64,000 bases of DNA, taken from positions 310,001-374,000 of the forward strand of contig NIVC01000906.1 of NCBI GenBank assembly GCA_002269645.1, given 5' to 3'. Positions 49,853-64,000 of the stretch are shown piece by piece (the stretch's first letter is position 1; each line of letters begins with the position of its first letter). The translations under genes and the position numbers were made by a program. The DNA comes from Macrostomum lignano (taxonomy: Eukaryota). A model generated the notes under the pieces. That model worked only from the letters and a program-made list of their open reading frames with translations, had not been told where the DNA came from and made no database searches.

Positions 49853-50385
49853 GTCTGACTTTGACCTCTCTCCTTACTGCTCTCTCATTGGCTGAGCCAG
49901 ATTGGGCCTGCCTTCTAGACTGAGTTTCGTCCGTCTGACTTTGACTTCTCTCCTTAATGCTCTCTCATTGGCTGAACCAGATTGGGCCTGCCCCCTAGAC
50001 TGAGTTTCGTCCGTCTGACTTTGACTTCTCTCCTTACTGCTCTCTCATTGGCTGAGCCAGATTGGGCCTGCCTTCTAGACTGAGTTTCGTCCGTCTGACT
50101 TTGACTTCTCTCCTTAATGCTCTCTCATTGGCTGAGCCAGATTGGGCCTGCCCCCTAGACTGAGTTTCGTCCGTCTGACTTTGACTTCTCTCCTTAATGC
50201 TCTCTCATTGGCTGAACCAGATTGGGCCTGCCCCCTAGACTGAGTTTCGTCCGTCTGACTTTGACTTCTCTCCTTAATGCTCTCTCATTGGCTGAACCAG
50301 ATTGGGCCTGCCCCCCTAGACTGAGTTTCGTCCGTCTGACTTTGAATTCTCTCCTTACTGCTCTCTAATTGGCTGAGCTAGATTT
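49853..50385. repeat. 80-bp tandem repeat (~6.5 copies)
   Basis: GTCTGACTTTGA recurs at 49853, 49933, 50013 and onward. Confidence 0.92.
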
Positions 50386-50988
50386 TAAAAAACTAGCTGC
50401 TGAGAAAGAGTAGACACTTCACACCTTTAATTGCGAACACACAATGCTGACCTAAAGTGAACTATCTGACATATCTGGTTATTCTAGTATCTCTAACAGC
50501 TACTGGTGAGGACTATTTTATGAGCCATTATTCATCGTTAGTTCTGTGTGGAAATCAATATTTATATATTTTGCTTTAATAATAATAATATTTGCTAATT
50601 AGACATTTAACTGATTTAGCTATAATATTTCGTATTAATTGTTTCATTTTTCAAATAATTGGTATGCTCCTGTCCGGTTGCTGTACCGTTATGTTGGCTA
50701 TTTTGGTGTCATTTTTCCGTAAATAAATTGACTAGACCAACCTGCGCTTAGCATTGTTTAGTGAAGTAGGGCAAAAGCTACGAAATTAAAGTCATCTGAA
50801 ATTTTTTAAAATTCTTATTTGAGTAGGCTATGAGAAAGCGAATTGTTTCTAGGAAGAAACTGTCTGTCTTAATAAGCGAGCAATTCGAGTGCGTGTAAGT
50901 TTGGACACAATTTTCACTGCAAAATGCATTGGCTGGGTCTAGATGGGATTTTTCATCACGTTCAAGTCACGTTTTGAACTACCTTTGA

Positions 50989-51260
50989 CAACAGGGGTTG
51001 TAGCCTAGTGGTTAGAGCGTGGAACTCACGACTGAAAGGTCGGGGGTTCGATTCCCGATCCTACTGGAACAATTTGTGTCCTTGAGCAAGACACTTAACT
51101 CTGCATTGCTTCAGTTCACCCAGCTGTAAAATGGGTGCCAGCATTAGCTGGGGTAACTGAGGGTGTGTGTGGCGACCCCCCTGCAGTCCTTGGACTGAAC
51201 AGCCGTACGCAGCCTTCAGATGCGCCGCGCAATGGCTGCGGCTGAGCTGTCGGTTTCACC
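50989..51260 (+). mobile_element. tRNA-derived SINE, copy 2
   Basis: Same head, core and GC-rich tail as 27287-27563. Confidence 0.75.
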
Positions 51261-51567
51261 TCTGCCAATAAGGAGTTACAATTAAATTATATTTAATGGC
51301 GCAACAGACGCTACACGGGTGCGTATTATTAAGCTAACAATTGTCATTTGCACAAATTCCTAAGTTGTCCTATGCAGACTACTCGTACAAGATAGTACGT
51401 AGTAATTCTAATGCTGCATTTACTCAGAATGGCAGTTTTGGCCGCAGACATATTGTTTATACATCGGCTTAGGAGTGAAGAAATTGGCTTCAACTTTATT
51501 TGGGAATTTATGTAGTTTTAACAGAACAAAATAAAGTTAAAATCCTCATATCTAGCTGAAGCCGGAC

Positions 51568-52388
51568 ATGCCAGACTCAAAAAAAGCCGAGCGGACCAAC
51601 ATGGAGGAGATCGCCCTGCGCGGCGGCCTAAACGAGAACGCCTACGACAGATTTCATCGCACGGTAGAGGTGCAAATCTTTCCGCAAAACCTGCGCGTCA
51701 CATGGGACGACAACGGCTGCTGTGTGAGCTTCGCCGTTCTGTTGATAGCGGCTCTGGTTGGTTTAACAGTGTCTGGCTATTACCTGAAGCAGATCCATCT
51801 TAACGAAGCTCAGGTGAATTCCTCGGAAACTTTGGCCTTATTCAGCGAGACTCACCTGCTAATTGTTGCTCTGTTCTGCGGAGGCATTCTGCTCGGCTTC
51901 TTTGTGATGTGCCTCTGCGGAGTCAATACCCAGGTGAGAGAGTCCAGTGAATTGAGACTTGACTCACACACAGCCCCCCTGCATCTAATAAAAGTGCATG
52001 TACAAGTATTGTACACGAAAGATCAGTTTTTTTTAAGAAATGAGGTTTCCCACCGGCCTTGTTTTGCAAAGGTCCCATTTCAATCGACATCCCGCAGCTC
52101 ATGGCGGCCAAGAAGCGCCGGTTCGGCTCGCTACGCAAAAATCGGATTCTGCTGTCGCTGATGCGCGGCCAGAGCGCCTGGGACGAGCCGGAGTTTCAAC
52201 GCCGGCTGCGCCAGCAGGACAGGCGGATAGACCGGGTGCAGGACACGGTGGAGGCCCGGCTAGAGAACTGGCTAAACCAGCGGGACGCCCGGGTCCGCTA
52301 CATGCAGGAGGCCCGGATTCGCATTGCCAAAGAGCGGGCGCGCAAAGAGATGAAAGCCAATAAGCACGTTGGATGCACTGTACTGTGA
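51568..52388 (+). CDS. Uncharacterised 2-TM protein with charged helical C-terminus and CaaX box (CTVL), ~218 aa; join(51568..51933,52098..52388)
   Basis: Two coding-like GC-rich segments joined in phase 0 (CAG|GTGAGA...CCCGCAG|CTC); two hydrophobic stretches; ends KANKHVGCTVL*. No family recognised. Confidence 0.65.
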
Positions 52389-52477
52389 AAATGCAAATGC
52401 TTAGCATACAGTAGCCTTCGGGATTGACTTTGAGCTGAGCGAGATTGTACATAAGCTACTCGTAGATTGGATCAGAA

Positions 52478-52865
52478 GGAATGTACACTCGGTGGATTGG
52501 CTCAGAGAGAGTGGGACTGCACACTCGGTGGATGGGCTTAGAGAGAGGGAATGTACACTCGGTGGATGGGCTCAGAGAGAATGAATGTACACTCGGTGGA
52601 TGGGCTCAGAGAGAGGGAATGTACACTCGGTGGATGGGATCAGAGAGAGGGAATGTACACTCGGTGGATGGGCTCAGAGAGAGGGAATGTAGACTGCATC
52701 GATTGGCTCAGAGAGAGGGAATGTACACTCGGTGGATGGGCTTAGAGAGAGGGAATGTACACTCGGTGGATGGGATCAGAGAGAGGGAATGTACACTCGG
52801 TGGATGGGATCAGAGAGAGGGAATGTACACTCGGTGGATGGGATCAGAGAGAGGGAATGTACACT
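52478..52865. repeat. 34-bp minisatellite
   Basis: Unit GAATGTACACTCGGTGGATGGGATCAGAGAGAGG. Confidence 0.9.
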
Positions 52866-53469
52866 AACGATTATATTGATTGTCTCAAAAAATATTGTGC
52901 AGTACTCCGTTACCTTTCCTGTATTTTTTTGGTAAACCCTAGCTTATATATGTAAATAAATACAGTTTGCATCGTATTTTTATTTTAATTGGCTTTGGTA
53001 AAGAGTTTTAAGCTATTCATAAAAAGCTTATTTCTATCCAACTCAAAGGTTTGACACACATGTATAAATATATTAACTGCTTTTACATAAATTTCGTTGC
53101 AGAAATCCAACTAATTGATATTAAAAAAGACCAACATTAAAACTTAACAAGACAAAAACTAGTTCAGTTACAAGAAGTAAAATTAGTGCTAAATATACTA
53201 CTGCTAAAAGATCTTATAAGTAGGGTTAAAAGAAACCTAAATACGCAGGTTGTGCAGCCTACAGAAACTGAAGCATAAATACAGCAGATAAAACAATGCA
53301 ATTAAGAAGCTGCTACGCTCGTAAATGAAAATTCAAACTTCGCAACTATTTTTGTCAGCCAAAACTACAAAAGGTGCAGCGCGAATGAAGTAACTTGCGA
53401 AGGCAGCGAATTGAATTGTTAAAATTAAAGTTTAAAGAAAAATTGTCAGCCAGTAATCTTTTGAGAGTC

Positions 53470-53990
53470 GGCTGGCGCCCTCTAATTGGTCAGGGACTGA
53501 GAGGGAGTCACCTGGCGCTCTCTGATTGGTCAGGGACTGAGAGGGAGTCACCTGGCGCTCTCTGATTGGTCAGGGACTGAGAGGAAGTCACCTGGCGCTC
53601 TCTGATTGGTCAGGGACTGAGAGGGAGTCACCTGGCGCTCTCTGATTGGTCAGGGACTGAGAGGGAGTCACCTGGCGCTCTCTGATTGGTCAGGGACTGA
53701 GAGGTAGTCACCTGGCGCTCTCTGATTGGTCAGGGACTGAGAGGTAGTCACCTGGCGCTCTCTGATTGGTCAGGGACGGAGAGAGGCAGCTGGCGCTCTC
53801 TGATTGGTCAGGGACGGAGAGAGGCAGCTGGCGCTCTCTGATTGGTCAGGGACGGAGAGAGGCAGCTGGCGCTCTCTGATTGGTCAGGGACGGAGAGAGG
53901 CAGCTGGCGCTCTCTGATTGGTCAGGGACTGAGCGAAGCGGCTGGCGCTCTCCGATTGGTCAGGGACTGAGCGAAGCAGCTGGCACTCAG
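53470..53990. repeat. 38-40-bp minisatellite just 3' of the IMPDH stop
   Basis: Unit TGGCGCTCTCTGATTGGTCAGGGACTGAGAGGGAGTCACC. Confidence 0.9.
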
Positions 53991-54019
53991 GCTGTGGTCA
54001 GGGACCACAGCCAATCTGC

Positions 54020-62797
<8,778 letters not shown>

Positions 62798-64000
62798 CTA
62801 AAATTGGATTCCAAAAATTCAGCAATAACATGTTTGTTAAATTGAATGTTTGTGTAATTTGTTTATACTTCATTCTAATTTTAAGGTAATATTAATAATA
62901 ATTGATTATACCTGCCCTAATGAGCAGATGTACAACTGACAGCTCAGCCCCAGCTATTGCGCAATGTATCTAAAACTTACTGGTACTGATGTCTAAAATA
63001 TTAATTTGCATAATTTTGTTCATTTGACTCTAATTTTTATTCTAATGTGCTAAGAATATAAGGTTCTGTTATACTGTATAACTTCAAGCTTGTTAATTTT
63101 TAGCATGGTTATCCCATTTGTTCTTGGGCTAGGTCCCTTATATATAGGCTTCACATATTCAGCTTTCTAACACCCTCTCTATACTCTTTCTACTATACTT
63201 AATGTTTGCACAGATCCAAAAATATAGCACTGCATAGTTACAAAAATATTTGTCCAATTTCTGCAAGTCTAACAAAAAACATTCATAGGCTTTTGTTGCT
63301 AGTACTGCTTTGGCTTGGCCAAACTAGTCCAAACGGTGACTAAATTGGCTTGGGACAAAACAGTCTATAGGCAAAATTATCTAGGGTTAAAACAAATGTG
63401 GCCAAAACAGTTTAGAGGCAAAACAACTGGTTACTGCTTATCTTTCTAACAATTTTCTATCTATTATTTACTTTTTAGATAATCTACATTTAGATCGATG
63501 TTTTGGATTATACAAAAACTTTTTATATATATTGATAAGTACATAAAATTATAAAGATAGCCCTTGATAAATTAAAATATAATTGTTTATTCACACTTTG
63601 TGTGCACTAAAACTGTTTACCTTATATTGTAATAGATAAATCAATTTATTTTATTTCAATGAGTTAAGTTGATAGATCTTAATAATTTGGCTAGGCCTAT
63701 ATTTTTATAAATTTAAATTCTTATATTATTATTTTCTCTAATAACACAATTTTTTACATAAAAGGTTTATATAATCAATGTGTATAGTTGCTAATAATTA
63801 GTTTTTTTAAGTAAAAAAATTATATTTTATTATACATTTTATTAACTTTTTAAATAAATTATAAAATAAAAACTAAAACAATAATGAAATAATAAGGGCA
63901 TATAATTAACTTATATGAAATTATAAAGAAAATTTTTATAGGTCCTAGGTTTATGCAATCTTATAATTTATATTTATAGACAAAAGTTTATAAGAAGAAA

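Noticed and set aside
62900-62990. Candidate first IMPDH exon
   Set aside because: Splice-like borders exist, but no frame gives the expected DGL...GLTYN sequence or a phase-2 end.

Overview
Eukaryotic (animal) genomic DNA with GC-rich exons and introns packed with minisatellites. This style, plus the LINE family present, suggests a Macrostomum-like free-living flatworm (inference, not verified). I reconstructed spliced models by hand, checking splice phases, for six genes: a full-length multi-cysteine-cluster Toll-like receptor (+, 999-4371, one GC-AG intron); a 17-exon Scribble/LAP gene (-, 35280 to ~10878) with only three visible PDZ domains; a UBE2Z-like E2 (-); an MTCH-like mitochondrial carrier (+); an unidentified 2-TM protein ending in a CaaX box (+); and IMPDH (-, first exon not found) with a ~32-aa Gly/Ala insert in the catalytic flap. 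A seventh, intronless gene is nested on the same strand in an IMPDH intron: a secreted PAN-like + LamG-like protein whose frame continues for 74 codons past an in-frame UGA-C (readthrough candidate). Mobile DNA includes a 2.6-kb TTAA-flanked foldback element, a LINE>hAT>hAT nest with visible TSDs, two tRNA-derived SINE copies and a CpG-decayed LINE relic. About 30 tandem arrays are present. Sharply bounded CpG-depleted domains lie in the 5' introns of three conserved genes. No rRNA, functional tRNA or CRISPR array is supported.
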